Assembly (NCBI GenBank): GCA_046116545.1
Contig: CP175956.1
Location: 577,734-641,733 of the forward strand
Reading direction: 5' to 3'
Origin: Candidatus Moraniibacteriota bacterium
GTDB lineage: Bacteria > Patescibacteriota > Minisyncoccia > Moranbacterales > GCA-2747515
Length of the DNA stretch: 64,000 nt
The position numbers and the translations under genes were made by a program. Positions 7,663 through 16,368 of this stretch are shown one piece after another; the stretch's first letter is position 1; each line of letters begins with the position of its first letter. The notes under the pieces were generated by a model, which saw only the letters and a program-made list of their open reading frames with translations, did no database searches and had not been told where the DNA came from.

Positions 7663-9618
7663 ATGAGTATTTCTAATTTTTGTAAATCTGTTGCAAAACT
7701 TCTTGAAACTCATTTAGAGTTTTCAAAAAGTAGTTTGCGTAGTGTACAGGTAGGCGGTTTTGAAAAGCTTATCAATTTTATCAATTCTGGTAAATTGAGT
7801 GGCTTAGTAAAACATCCTACAGGTGCAGGCAAAACTCGTTTTTTTTGCGAAGTTTTGTCAGCACTTAATATGCCTTCGCTCATTCTTGTACCAAGAACGA
7901 ACCTTGTAGCTGATACAAAGGAATCACTTGTTGGTAACGAGATGAGAGATGTAGAAGGTGTGGGTTATTTGGAAGAAGATATATTTCTTTTGAGTGATGA
8001 ATTTGGAAAAGCAGCCATTGCTTTAAAAAGCATTTTTGATAATATCATTAAAATGCAGGATTTTGGAGGAGTTGTCATCATGTCATATCAGTCGTTTTTG
8101 AGTATTTCAAAGCATGATATGTATACTCTTGATGATTTTATGAAACTCATCAAGGTAGTCATATCTGATGAAGCTCATAGAGGACTTGGAGATGAAACGC
8201 AAGAGGTTATCAAGCAATACAATGATGACATCATTGGAGATGGTGTTGATCGAGTGCATTTGCACATGACAGCAACTCCACAATTGGGTCATAAAAATGT
8301 ATGTGACATATATGATATTGAAGTGATAGATTGGGTACGTGTACAAGATTCTGTTGAAGATGGAATCCTTATCATGCCACAATTTCGTCATTTTGGTACA
8401 GCCACATACAAAACTACTGATGATATTAAATTTTCTGACAAGTTCTTTGAAAGTCTTGCAGAAAGTGAGAAGTTCGTCATGGATAATGGCCAATCTGTAA
8501 CTGAGGCAGCTATAGATGAATACATTATGTTAAAAGAAAAGCATGATGGATATTTACCTGGAGTTGTATTTTGTGGAACTATTGCTCATGCAGAGGCCAC
8601 TAAACAATATTTACTGTCACGAGGACTAAGGGCAATTCGCTCTACAAGTTCTAATAAACAGTATGATTGTGGCGTAAATCCTGACAGAGCAAGAGAGATG
8701 TTTCACAGCGAAGAAATCGATCTTGTAGTTACAGTAAGTAAGGTTGGAGAAGGTTGGGATGTGCCAACACTTCGCTGTGCCATTTGGCTTAGGCCAGTAG
8801 GTTCATCTGCAGTATATCTTCAAGGTACAGGTCGTGTGATGCGAACACTTCTTGATAATACCGTACATGCATTTAAGGATCGTTCAAATACTTATGTGAT
8901 TGAACCACTTTGGGAACTTGTACGTGTAAGTAGTGTAACAGAAGACAAAAAAGAAGATGAACATGAAAAAGAAATCGTAGAGAATGATTTAGCTGATACT
9001 GATTCTGATGCACAAACAACTGTATATCCGTCAAGAAATGGATATGAACATTTTGTTACAGCAGATGAATTTGATGTTGAAGCGCTACGTTCAATTGTTG
9101 GAGGAGATGCGCGTATTCATATGGATATTGATTTTCATAATGATGAGCATCTTCGAATCCTGATTGGTAGTGTAGACAAGCTTATTGTTAAAGGTAAGGG
9201 TGTGAATTTAGTAAAAGTGACTTTCATTAATACTGAACAAGATTGGAAAGTAACAGGTCGTGTTATTGGCAGAGTTTTGTGGAATAACTCAAGTCCAAAA
9301 ATTTATGATGCAGAAAAACTGGCTAAACAGTTATGGCCAGAGGAAGTTGAGAATTTGTTACCAAAGGAAAGATTTAATCCTAAGGATGATAATCACCTTC
9401 GAATACTAATAGGAAATGTAGATAATCTTATTGTTAATGGTAAGGGTGTGAGTTTAGTAAAAGCAACTTTCATTAATGCTGAACGAGGTTGGAAAGTAAC
9501 AGGTGGTGTTATTGGTAATGCTTTGTGGAAAAAGAAAAGTCCAAATATAGCTGATGCAGAAAAACTGGCTAAACAACTTTGGCTTGAAGAGGCTGAGAAG
9601 TTGTTGGACAAAAAATAA
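7663..9618 (+). CDS. SF2 DEAH-type helicase (ResIII-like core) with a C-terminal duplicated ~82-aa domain
   Basis: Walker A HPTGAGKTRF, DEAH VISDEAHR, motif III MTATPQ and motif VI QGTGRVMR. The start is moved to ATG 7663 (strong RBS) from ORF-track 7618. The C-terminus has 2 x (HLRILIG.VD.LIV.GKGV.LVK.TFIN.E..WKVTG.VIG..LW...SP.I.DAEKLAKQLW). Confidence 0.75.
   Translation: MSISNFCKSVAKLLETHLEFSKSSLRSVQVGGFEKLINFINSGKLSGLVKHPTGAGKTRFFCEVLSALNMPSLILVPRTNLVADTKESLVGNEMRDVEGVGYLEEDIFLLSDEFGKAAIALKSIFDNIIKMQDFGGVVIMSYQSFLSISKHDMYTLDDFMKLIKVVISDEAHRGLGDETQEVIKQYNDDIIGDGVDRVHLHMTATPQLGHKNVCDIYDIEVIDWVRVQDSVEDGILIMPQFRHFGTATYKTTDDIKFSDKFFESLAESEKFVMDNGQSVTEAAIDEYIMLKEKHDGYLPGVVFCGTIAHAEATKQYLLSRGLRAIRSTSSNKQYDCGVNPDRAREMFHSEEIDLVVTVSKVGEGWDVPTLRCAIWLRPVGSSAVYLQGTGRVMRTLLDNTVHAFKDRSNTYVIEPLWELVRVSSVTEDKKEDEHEKEIVENDLADTDSDAQTTVYPSRNGYEHFVTADEFDVEALRSIVGGDARIHMDIDFHNDEHLRILIGSVDKLIVKGKGVNLVKVTFINTEQDWKVTGRVIGRVLWNNSSPKIYDAEKLAKQLWPEEVENLLPKERFNPKDDNHLRILIGNVDNLIVNGKGVSLVKATFINAERGWKVTGGVIGNALWKKKSPNIADAEKLAKQLWLEEAEKLLDKK
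9139..9618 (+). repeat. In-frame direct duplication (2 x ~246 bp) forming the C-terminus of helicase 2
   Basis: The protein repeats begin DDEHLRILIGSVDKLIV... and DDNHLRILIGNVDNLIV.... Confidence 0.8.
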
Positions 9619-9636
9619 AGGAGGAACATAAACTCA

Positions 9637-9670
9637 AAAGCCATTACAGGAATAACTGTAATGGCTTTTT
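9637..9670 (+). terminator. Rho-independent terminator after helicase 2 (agccattacag ... ctgtaatggct + T5)
   Basis: 11-bp stem + TTTTT. Preceded by the conserved AAGGAGGAACATAAA 3-prime flank. Confidence 0.8.
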
Positions 9671-9671
9671 C

Positions 9672-9830
9672 ATATTTTGAGTGATCTTGGAGTAATAATG
9701 TAGGCTTTTAGGGAAGAATGGGCAATACAAAAAGTTCGAACGTCATTACCTAGTCGGCTCATCGATAAACAGCCCCATTAAATGGGGCTTTTTGAGTATC
9801 CACTATGATAGGATCGAACTATTGTGATAG
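9672..9830 (+). repeat. Family-A intergenic repeat, copy A4
   Basis: ...gtaggcttttagggaagaatgggcaatacaaaaaGTTCGAACGtcattacctagtcggctcatcgataaacagccccattaaatggggctttttgagtatccactatgataGGATCGAACTattgtg. Confidence 0.85.
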
Positions 9831-9877
9831 TATTATGACTGAATGATATATAAATAAATTATAAAAATATAGTATAT

Positions 9878-10660
9878 ATGAACAATTATTTAGAATTTGC
9901 AAAAAGTGTTGCGGAAGGTGCATCTGAAATAGCATTGAAATATTTTGGTTTTGATGTTGCAAATACTTGGAAAAGTGATAATACACCGTTAACAAAAGCT
10001 GATACAGAAATTAACTCGTATGTAATCAAAAGAATATCAGAAAAATATCCTGAACATAGCGTGGTAGGTGAAGAGGAGAGTAAACTAGTAAACGATTCAA
10101 AATATATATGGGTGTGTGATCCGATAGATGGAACAATCCCATATTCTTGTGGACTGCCTATGTGGACTTTTTCACTTGCTTTGGTTGATGTTAAAACAGG
10201 TCAGCCAATTGTTGGTATTGTGAATGATGTTATGATGAAAAATATGTATTGGGCACATAAGAATGGAGGAGCTTTTCGGAATGGTGAAAAAATTCAAGTT
10301 TCAAATAAAGACAGTCTCAAAAAGACTTATTTAAATGTTGATGGAACAGGTAAAGATATGAATTTTTCTGGTATAAATACAATAAATTCTCTACAAAACA
10401 ATGGAGCAAAAGTTATGAAATTGTTATCAATTATATATGGTGGTGTGCAGGTATCTAACGGTAAATTTGTAGGTACTGTATTTTTTCATCCATATGCTCA
10501 TGATGTTGCTGCATTAAAAATTATAATTGAAGAAGCTGGAGGTAAGGTTACAGATTTAAATGGTGATGAACGCAGATATGATAAAGATGGGATTGGATGT
10601 GTAATTTCAAATGGAACTTTGCATAATGAAATACTATCGTGTGTAAGTAAGTTGAATTAA
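9878..10660 (+). CDS. Inositol monophosphatase-family phosphatase
   Basis: IMPase signature WVCDPIDGT (W-x-x-D-P-[IL]-D-G-T) and an upstream metal-binding EEE segment (VVGEEES). Confidence 0.75.
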   Translation: MNNYLEFAKSVAEGASEIALKYFGFDVANTWKSDNTPLTKADTEINSYVIKRISEKYPEHSVVGEEESKLVNDSKYIWVCDPIDGTIPYSCGLPMWTFSLALVDVKTGQPIVGIVNDVMMKNMYWAHKNGGAFRNGEKIQVSNKDSLKKTYLNVDGTGKDMNFSGINTINSLQNNGAKVMKLLSIIYGGVQVSNGKFVGTVFFHPYAHDVAALKIIIEEAGGKVTDLNGDERRYDKDGIGCVISNGTLHNEILSCVSKLN

Positions 10661-10668
10661 ATTTTTGA

Positions 10669-10697
10669 TTGACTTTTTATATGTTTTATATTAGAGT
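10669..10697 (+). promoter_or_regulatory. Promoter-module fragment homologous to the A-repeat promoter (TTGACT-17-TAGAGT)
   Basis: ttgattgactttttatatgttttatattagag aligns with ttgattgactttttgtatattttatgctaatat of A1/A3. Confidence 0.5.
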
Positions 10698-10702
10698 ATA
10701 GT

Positions 10703-10779
10703 GTCCATTAGAGGACAGCAACTAACTAGCGGAATGCTAGTTCTTTAACAAAACTGGCGGAATGCCAAAGGAGAAAGTC
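10703..10779 (+). promoter_or_regulatory. Structured 5-prime leader: three short hairpins, two with identical GGAAU pentaloops (ctagcGGAATgctag; tggcGGAATgcca), ending at the RBS
   Basis: gtgtcc-atta-gaggacagc, aactagc-ggaat-gctagtt and tggc-ggaat-gcca run directly into AAGGAGAAAGTC-ATG. Confidence 0.4.
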
Positions 10780-11949
10780 ATGGAACACAAAACTGAAACT
10801 CAGATTGCTAAATTAATTATGGATTTTCCAATTGTAGGTCTAATTCGATTTGCACAACGATCTGGGAATGGTAAATTGCCAAAAACAGATGTTCATATTC
10901 AGCGAGCTGATCCAGGAACTATGCACTTACAAGCAAGTAATTGCAGATATAAAGATCGTTCATATATTGGCGGAAAAAATAATCTACGGGGTACCAGGAC
11001 TGAATATATGATTGCTATTGATTGTGATGGCAAGCCAATGGAATATTTGGAATGGGATAGGGGTGATTTTGAAAAAATGTCAAAGGACATATTTGAAATA
11101 GCATCTCCAGAAAAAGTAGATTATTTGGTGTGGGCAAGTGCTATAAATTGGTATACGCCTTCATCTGAAGAGCGAGAAGAAAAAACAGGTGGAAACCTGT
11201 TTGATCAGTTTGTTGATGCGGAAGTTGATATTATTATTTTTCAACAACCCAAAAATCAGACTTTTGCCGAACTGATAAAGATAGCTGATGAACAGAAAGA
11301 GAGGCGTGAAAATGCATATAAATTTCTTCCTGATGTAATGCCTGAATTTACAGGCATTTACAAAGGACTTAAAGATGGTGGTGAAATCCATGCATTTTGT
11401 TCTGGAGGTGGCTTAAGAGTTGTATATATGCGTCGCGATGGTAGTGATGATAATATGGCATACGGTGAACATCCACACATTGAAGATGCTTTAAATCATC
11501 TTGAAGAAGACTTTTTGGCTGGTAGCAGAAAGTATAAAGATGTGTACGGAGGTTTGTACCCACACTATCTTACTGGTGAATCTATTGCTACTAGTAATTT
11601 GGATTCTTGGATTTTACAGGGACGTACCTTTGATTGTTTTCAAGTGAGAGATGAAATTCATTTTGTATTAAATGGTTGTGGAGAATCTAAAATGCCAAAG
11701 GACGTGTATAATAAGGTAATAGGAACATTTGAACCCGTGCAATGGAAGCATCGAGGTTTTATATTTTTATCAAAACCTTCAAGTATTGGTACCTGCATGG
11801 GTGTCAGTGTTAACGTGATTGCATCGCCAATAAATGGTAAAGGCCTTAATCCACATCGGTATAATTTTGTAAAGTTGGGAAAAAGTAAAACCTTTTGGGA
11901 AGCTGTAAAAAAAGCGTTTGAAGCACCAGAGACTGAAGTTCAACCATAA
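10780..11949 (+). CDS. Hypothetical protein (390 aa)
   Basis: Long ORF with good RBS (AAGGAG, 6-nt spacing) at the second ATG, used instead of ORF-track 10762. No recognisable motifs. Confidence 0.5.
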   Translation: MEHKTETQIAKLIMDFPIVGLIRFAQRSGNGKLPKTDVHIQRADPGTMHLQASNCRYKDRSYIGGKNNLRGTRTEYMIAIDCDGKPMEYLEWDRGDFEKMSKDIFEIASPEKVDYLVWASAINWYTPSSEEREEKTGGNLFDQFVDAEVDIIIFQQPKNQTFAELIKIADEQKERRENAYKFLPDVMPEFTGIYKGLKDGGEIHAFCSGGGLRVVYMRRDGSDDNMAYGEHPHIEDALNHLEEDFLAGSRKYKDVYGGLYPHYLTGESIATSNLDSWILQGRTFDCFQVRDEIHFVLNGCGESKMPKDVYNKVIGTFEPVQWKHRGFIFLSKPSSIGTCMGVSVNVIASPINGKGLNPHRYNFVKLGKSKTFWEAVKKAFEAPETEVQP

Positions 11950-11962
11950 ATTAAACTATGTT

Positions 11963-12004
11963 AATACCACCATTCGATTTAATATCGAGTGGTGGTATTT
12001 TTTA
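11963..12004 (+). terminator. Rho-independent terminator (ataccacc ... ggtggtat + T6)
   Basis: 8-bp stem with a long loop, then TTTTTTATT. Confidence 0.55.
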
Positions 12005-12088
12005 TTGTAAAACAAAGACTTTTAGTGAAGAATTAACATCACAAAAAGTTCGAACGGTAGTACCTACTATAGATAGGATCGAACTAAG
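12005..12088 (+). repeat. Family-A repeat, short copy A5 (both ends present, internal hairpin deleted)
   Basis: tgtaaaacaaagacttttagtgaagaatt...aaaaGTTCGAACGgtagtacctactatagataGGATCGAACTaag. The two inverted termini lie only ~25 bp apart. Confidence 0.75.
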
Positions 12089-12178
12089 ATAGACAAAAGA
12101 TGTAGTTTGATATAGAATAAATAGTCAGTTCATTAAATAATTATTTTATTACAAATTCAATTAAAGGGGTATCGAATT

Positions 12179-12406
12179 ATGATTTCAGTTGGTAATATTG
12201 AAAGATTTATTGATAATCATCCAGAACTTAATCTCGATAAAGATAAGATTATGAGACAGGCTGATGAATTAGCTCGTCAAGAGGTCTTGTCTGGCGGAGT
12301 AGTTGGAGATTTACTTGGCAATTTGGACGCATTATTTTTTCGTGAATTTCATTTTGACATAGAGCATCTTAAGGTTGCTGCAAAAGATGTAATAAATATG
12401 GAGTAG
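12179..12406 (+). CDS. Hypothetical small protein (75 aa)
   Basis: ORF with RBS-like AAAGGGG upstream. No family recognised. Confidence 0.35.
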   Translation: MISVGNIERFIDNHPELNLDKDKIMRQADELARQEVLSGGVVGDLLGNLDALFFREFHFDIEHLKVAAKDVINME

Positions 12407-12426
12407 TTATATCTAATAAATTTGAA

Positions 12427-13227
12427 GTGAGGGAGATGAAAATGAGAGAATCACAACGATATTCTAAAAAGCTTATTATTATAATTACGGTTGTTATTAT
12501 TTGTGGAATTGTAAGCACTCTGTGGATGATGTTTGGCAAGGATAGTATATCTTTTTCTGAGCATGATGCACGTGAGCAAATTGCAAAACATATTCCAACA
12601 ACCAAGATTGATACAATTGTTGGTATGGAATATTCAATTACCATTGATCAGGTAAGTGTTGATTTTGTTGAGGGTGATCGAATTGGTATTGAAGCAAGTG
12701 GCATTGTTGATAGTAGTAAGGGGGGTGTTAATTTTTCTGTTGTAACTGTAGGTGTTCCAGATCTTAGAAATAATGCTTTTTATTTTAGACCTAACTCCTT
12801 TGAGTTTACTGAATTTGTGTTTTCAAAAAAGGCTCAAAAAAGCAGTCGTGTTCTAGGTATTGTGGCAGCTAATACTATTAAAAAGTATACTGGTGATCTT
12901 TTTAAGGGAACTGATATTAAGATTGATAAAAAGGCAATAACGGAAAAGATTCAGGCTAAGATTAAAATAATGACTCATAGTGCTATTGTGGGATATCTAA
13001 ATAAAAATCCAATCAAAAAACTTGAAACTGGCAAAGAGAAAATTATAGGTGCAGCTATCAAAAAGATTAGCGTAGATGGCGATAATATCACCATTCACTT
13101 TTCTTTTTGGAATTTAGCAAAATATGTTTTAGTGTTTATATTGGCTTTTATTGCAGCTATTGGACTTTTAGTTTCTGCTCCATGGTGGGCAGCTGACCTT
13201 GCATTTCTTGCGGCTATTTTAAGTTAA
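12427..13227 (+). CDS. Membrane-anchored hypothetical protein (N- and C-terminal TM helices)
   Basis: N-terminal helix LIIIITVVIICGIVSTLWMMF and C-terminal helix VLVFILAFIAAIGLLV. Confidence 0.45.
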   Translation: MREMKMRESQRYSKKLIIIITVVIICGIVSTLWMMFGKDSISFSEHDAREQIAKHIPTTKIDTIVGMEYSITIDQVSVDFVEGDRIGIEASGIVDSSKGGVNFSVVTVGVPDLRNNAFYFRPNSFEFTEFVFSKKAQKSSRVLGIVAANTIKKYTGDLFKGTDIKIDKKAITEKIQAKIKIMTHSAIVGYLNKNPIKKLETGKEKIIGAAIKKISVDGDNITIHFSFWNLAKYVLVFILAFIAAIGLLVSAPWWAADLAFLAAILS

Positions 13228-13328
13228 TCTCCTGAATATTACTGACTAAACAGGACTTGAATAAATTCAAGTCCTGTTTTACTTTTTATAACTAATAATA
13301 AATACTTTTAAATAGTTATTTTCATTAT

Positions 13329-13364
13329 AAAAAGTTTGAACGTTATTACCTACTCGGCGCTAGA
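13329..13364 (+). repeat. Family-A repeat fragment A6 (left end only)
   Basis: aaaaGTTTGAACGttattacctactcggcgc matches the first 35 bp of the A element. Confidence 0.6.
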
Positions 13365-13590
13365 TATTATAAAAAAGATGATTATGTTATGATATTGGTA
13401 TATTAATTTAAATTATATGTATTTTTCAATTTTATTTTTGCAGAAAATATACAGGTTAGGATTTTTATTAGTGAGCATTCTTTTTATTGTAGATTTGATA
13501 ACCTTTTTTTATTATCCGTAAACTATTTTTGGAGATATTTTTTTAGCTACTCGTGAACAGACGCCACTTACATGGGTAAGCGCTCTAACT

Positions 13591-14094
13591 TTGTTTGCTG
13601 TTGCTATTGCGTGTTTTTGTATTTACTTTGAGACAAAAAAGAATATTTGGTTTTTTATATCAGCAGTATTTCTATTTTTCAGTATGGATGATGCTATTTA
13701 TTTTCATGAGCGATTTAGTGGATATTTGGTCAATAATGTAGATTTTTTTATTATTTTTCCTACATATATTTGGGCATTTATTTATTCACCTATACTTATT
13801 TTTGCTATAGGAATGTTAGTGTATTTACTTTGGCAAGAGGTTTCAAATAAAGATAAAAAAATAATAAGTATAATATTAATAATGCTGATAATGGCGATTT
13901 GCTTAGATCTTATTGATGGGGTGATTCAAAAAGATGAAACAATAGTATTGTGTATTAATGAATTTTGTAATAAATCTGCGATACATCTAATGAGATTGGT
14001 AGAAGAAGTTCTGGAAGTTTTAGCTATTGGACTATTGGGATATATTATTTTAAAAAATAATTGTGTGAAATACTATTTAGAAACTTCTAAATAG
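13591..14094 (+). CDS. Polytopic membrane protein, hypothetical (TTG start in ORF track; true start uncertain)
   Basis: Several hydrophobic helices. No in-frame ATG upstream. Confidence 0.4.
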   Translation: MFAVAIACFCIYFETKKNIWFFISAVFLFFSMDDAIYFHERFSGYLVNNVDFFIIFPTYIWAFIYSPILIFAIGMLVYLLWQEVSNKDKKIISIILIMLIMAICLDLIDGVIQKDETIVLCINEFCNKSAIHLMRLVEEVLEVLAIGLLGYIILKNNCVKYYLETSK

Positions 14095-14140
14095 TATCTA
14101 ATGTGGTACAATTATATTGTAATAAGTAAGACTTTCGATT

Positions 14141-14776
14141 ATGTTTAAAATAGAGTCAAAAATAGAAAAGTTTTTATTAGCGTCTATGAGTGTCTTATTA
14201 TTTATATTTGTTTTTAGTGTATTTAGTAAGAATCCAGTCACAACAACTATAGTAAATGCAAAAAGTGAAGAAGGGACTTCTGAAGAATCAAGTAATAAAG
14301 AAAAATCAGAAAATAGTGAAGAATCTGAAAATGATGAAAAGTCGGAATATAGTGAGAATTCAGAGACTTCAAGTTATGGTGAAAAATCTGAAGGTGATTT
14401 ATCTGAAGAATCATATGACAATTCGTCTACAGTAACTACTACTGGGACACCTTCAAAGTCTGTAACTTCTGTGGGTGGTAATGAAGATAAAAGTGAGGCT
14501 ATGATGAAAACTGAAATGAAAACTGAAACTTCAGAGGAAAAAATGCAAACAAAAAATGAATCTAAAGAACAAGTTAGAAATACTGTACAAACCATAGAGG
14601 GTTTTGATACGGTTGTGTTGATTGATGGCAATAAAGCAATTGTAAAAAATTATGAAAAGTTATTTGGAATCTTCAAAATTTCTATTGAATCTAATGTTGA
14701 GCTTGATGATAATGGAAATGTAAAAAACACAAGACAAAATATTTGGAATAAATTTCTTTCAATAATTAGTGTTTAA
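14141..14776 (+). CDS. Secreted acidic Ser/Glu-rich low-complexity protein
   Basis: Signal-peptide-like N-terminus followed by SEESSNKEKSENSEESENDEKSEYSENSETS... repeats. Confidence 0.5.
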   Translation: MFKIESKIEKFLLASMSVLLFIFVFSVFSKNPVTTTIVNAKSEEGTSEESSNKEKSENSEESENDEKSEYSENSETSSYGEKSEGDLSEESYDNSSTVTTTGTPSKSVTSVGGNEDKSEAMMKTEMKTETSEEKMQTKNESKEQVRNTVQTIEGFDTVVLIDGNKAIVKNYEKLFGIFKISIESNVELDDNGNVKNTRQNIWNKFLSIISV

Positions 14777-14802
14777 GATGCAATACATTTATATGGGTTA
14801 AA

Positions 14803-14836
14803 AAAGTCTCCAGTCTTTTGGGGGACTTTTTTTATA
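14803..14836 (+). terminator. Rho-independent terminator (aagtctcc ... ggggactt + T7)
   Basis: Stem with one mismatch followed by TTTTTTT. Confidence 0.6.
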
Positions 14837-14933
14837 GGCTAAATAATATACTAATTAAATTAACAGTAGTTCCATATTCTCCTTGTGGTAGAATGTAGGT
14901 ATCATTGAATAAGTATATTTAAACAATAAATTT

Positions 14934-15644
14934 ATGAAACTTGATTTAGAAGCAATAAATTTTCATTCAATTCCAACAAAAGAAAAAGAAGTTTTATCTA
15001 TGAATGAAAAAAGAGTGGAATTATTGAAAAGTGCAGAACATTTAGCTGAGGGGCTTTATGGAGATATTCCTTATCATAATTTTCAACATGCAATTGATGC
15101 AGTTGAGTCGGGATATGAGCTTATTGCCAAGTGTCAGGCTAGTGGAATTGAAGTTGATAGTGATTTAGTTAGGTATTCGTTGTTATTTCATGATGCTGGA
15201 TATCATGAGGATCATGGGAAAGAAGGCTTTGATAGTAAAGAGGAATATTCTGCTCATCTTGCAGAGCAATCTTTGAGAAGTTTGGATATTGCTGAGGAGA
15301 CTATAGAAAATGTGAAAAAATGCATAATTAGTACACATAAAGATAAGGAGTTTAATAGATTGGAAGAAAAGATTGTTCGGGCAGCTGATCTGGTTGGACT
15401 TGCGGGTGATTATGAACAGTTTAGGAAGAATGCAGTAAAGCTTAGAGAAGAGGCAGAAATTATTTCTGGAAATAAAATATCTTGGGAGGATTGGAAGAAA
15501 AGCGTAGAGGTAATCATTGGATTTTATCTAAAACAAGATATTAAATTAACTGAATGTTATATGGATAAAGATGGTAAGTCTATATTTCATAATGAGGCTA
15601 AGAAAAATTTAGAAATATTTATGCAAGAAAATATTGCAATTTGA
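14934..15644 (+). CDS. HD-domain phosphohydrolase
   Basis: H...HD motif (FQHAIDAV ... LFHDAGYHEDHG). Confidence 0.6.
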   Translation: MKLDLEAINFHSIPTKEKEVLSMNEKRVELLKSAEHLAEGLYGDIPYHNFQHAIDAVESGYELIAKCQASGIEVDSDLVRYSLLFHDAGYHEDHGKEGFDSKEEYSAHLAEQSLRSLDIAEETIENVKKCIISTHKDKEFNRLEEKIVRAADLVGLAGDYEQFRKNAVKLREEAEIISGNKISWEDWKKSVEVIIGFYLKQDIKLTECYMDKDGKSIFHNEAKKNLEIFMQENIAI

Positions 15645-15745
15645 TTGATTTTTGTTGTAAATTATGTATAATTACTACATTAAAAAAGTAGTTCATTATA
15701 AAACTGGTCTTTGGGAGAGATTAGAAAATTAGAAAGGGGAGCATA

Positions 15746-16249
15746 ATGCAAAAAATTATTACATGGCCAAATTGTATAACTGTAAGCAGAGGCTTTATTG
15801 GTATTTTGGGAATAATGATTGCTACACAGTCGGGTATGTTTATGATAGGTGCAGCAATTTTTTTCTTATTTGGAATGTTACCTGATTTATTAGATGGTTG
15901 GGTTGCTAGAAAATATAATCAGCGGTCTAGATTGGGTGAAATATTAGATCCTCTTACTGATAAAATATTGTTTTATGTGGCGATGGGCGTTGTTTTTGTA
16001 GACATTGTATGGATGCCAGCTTTAGTCATTTTATTTTTTTGTGATGTAGTATCAACCTATTTGCATTTTACAAAATCTGGAGGAGCTGTTTCATCAGGTA
16101 AAAGAAAATTTGTATTACAATGTGTTGCACTTGGATTGTTTACAGCTTCTATCATTATAAATGATGTATTGATTTCTTTTGGAAATATCGCATTAATGTT
16201 AGCTACTATTTTTGCTATTCAGTCACTTAAACAAAGATTTATAAATTAA
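15746..16249 (+). CDS. CDP-alcohol phosphatidyltransferase family (PgsA-like)
   Basis: Signature D-G-x2-A-R-x8-G-x3-D-x3-D seen as DLLDGWVARKYNQRSRLGEILDPLTDK. Polytopic membrane protein. Confidence 0.7.
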   Translation: MQKIITWPNCITVSRGFIGILGIMIATQSGMFMIGAAIFFLFGMLPDLLDGWVARKYNQRSRLGEILDPLTDKILFYVAMGVVFVDIVWMPALVILFFCDVVSTYLHFTKSGGAVSSGKRKFVLQCVALGLFTASIIINDVLISFGNIALMLATIFAIQSLKQRFIN

Positions 16250-16368
16250 ATAATAAACATTCATAAGAATATTTATATATTTGAGAGGTGATTTTAATTA
16301 ATTACCTCTCTTTTTTTATTAGTTACTATGTACTATAATTAAAATAATATAATTTATATCAGAACTGT

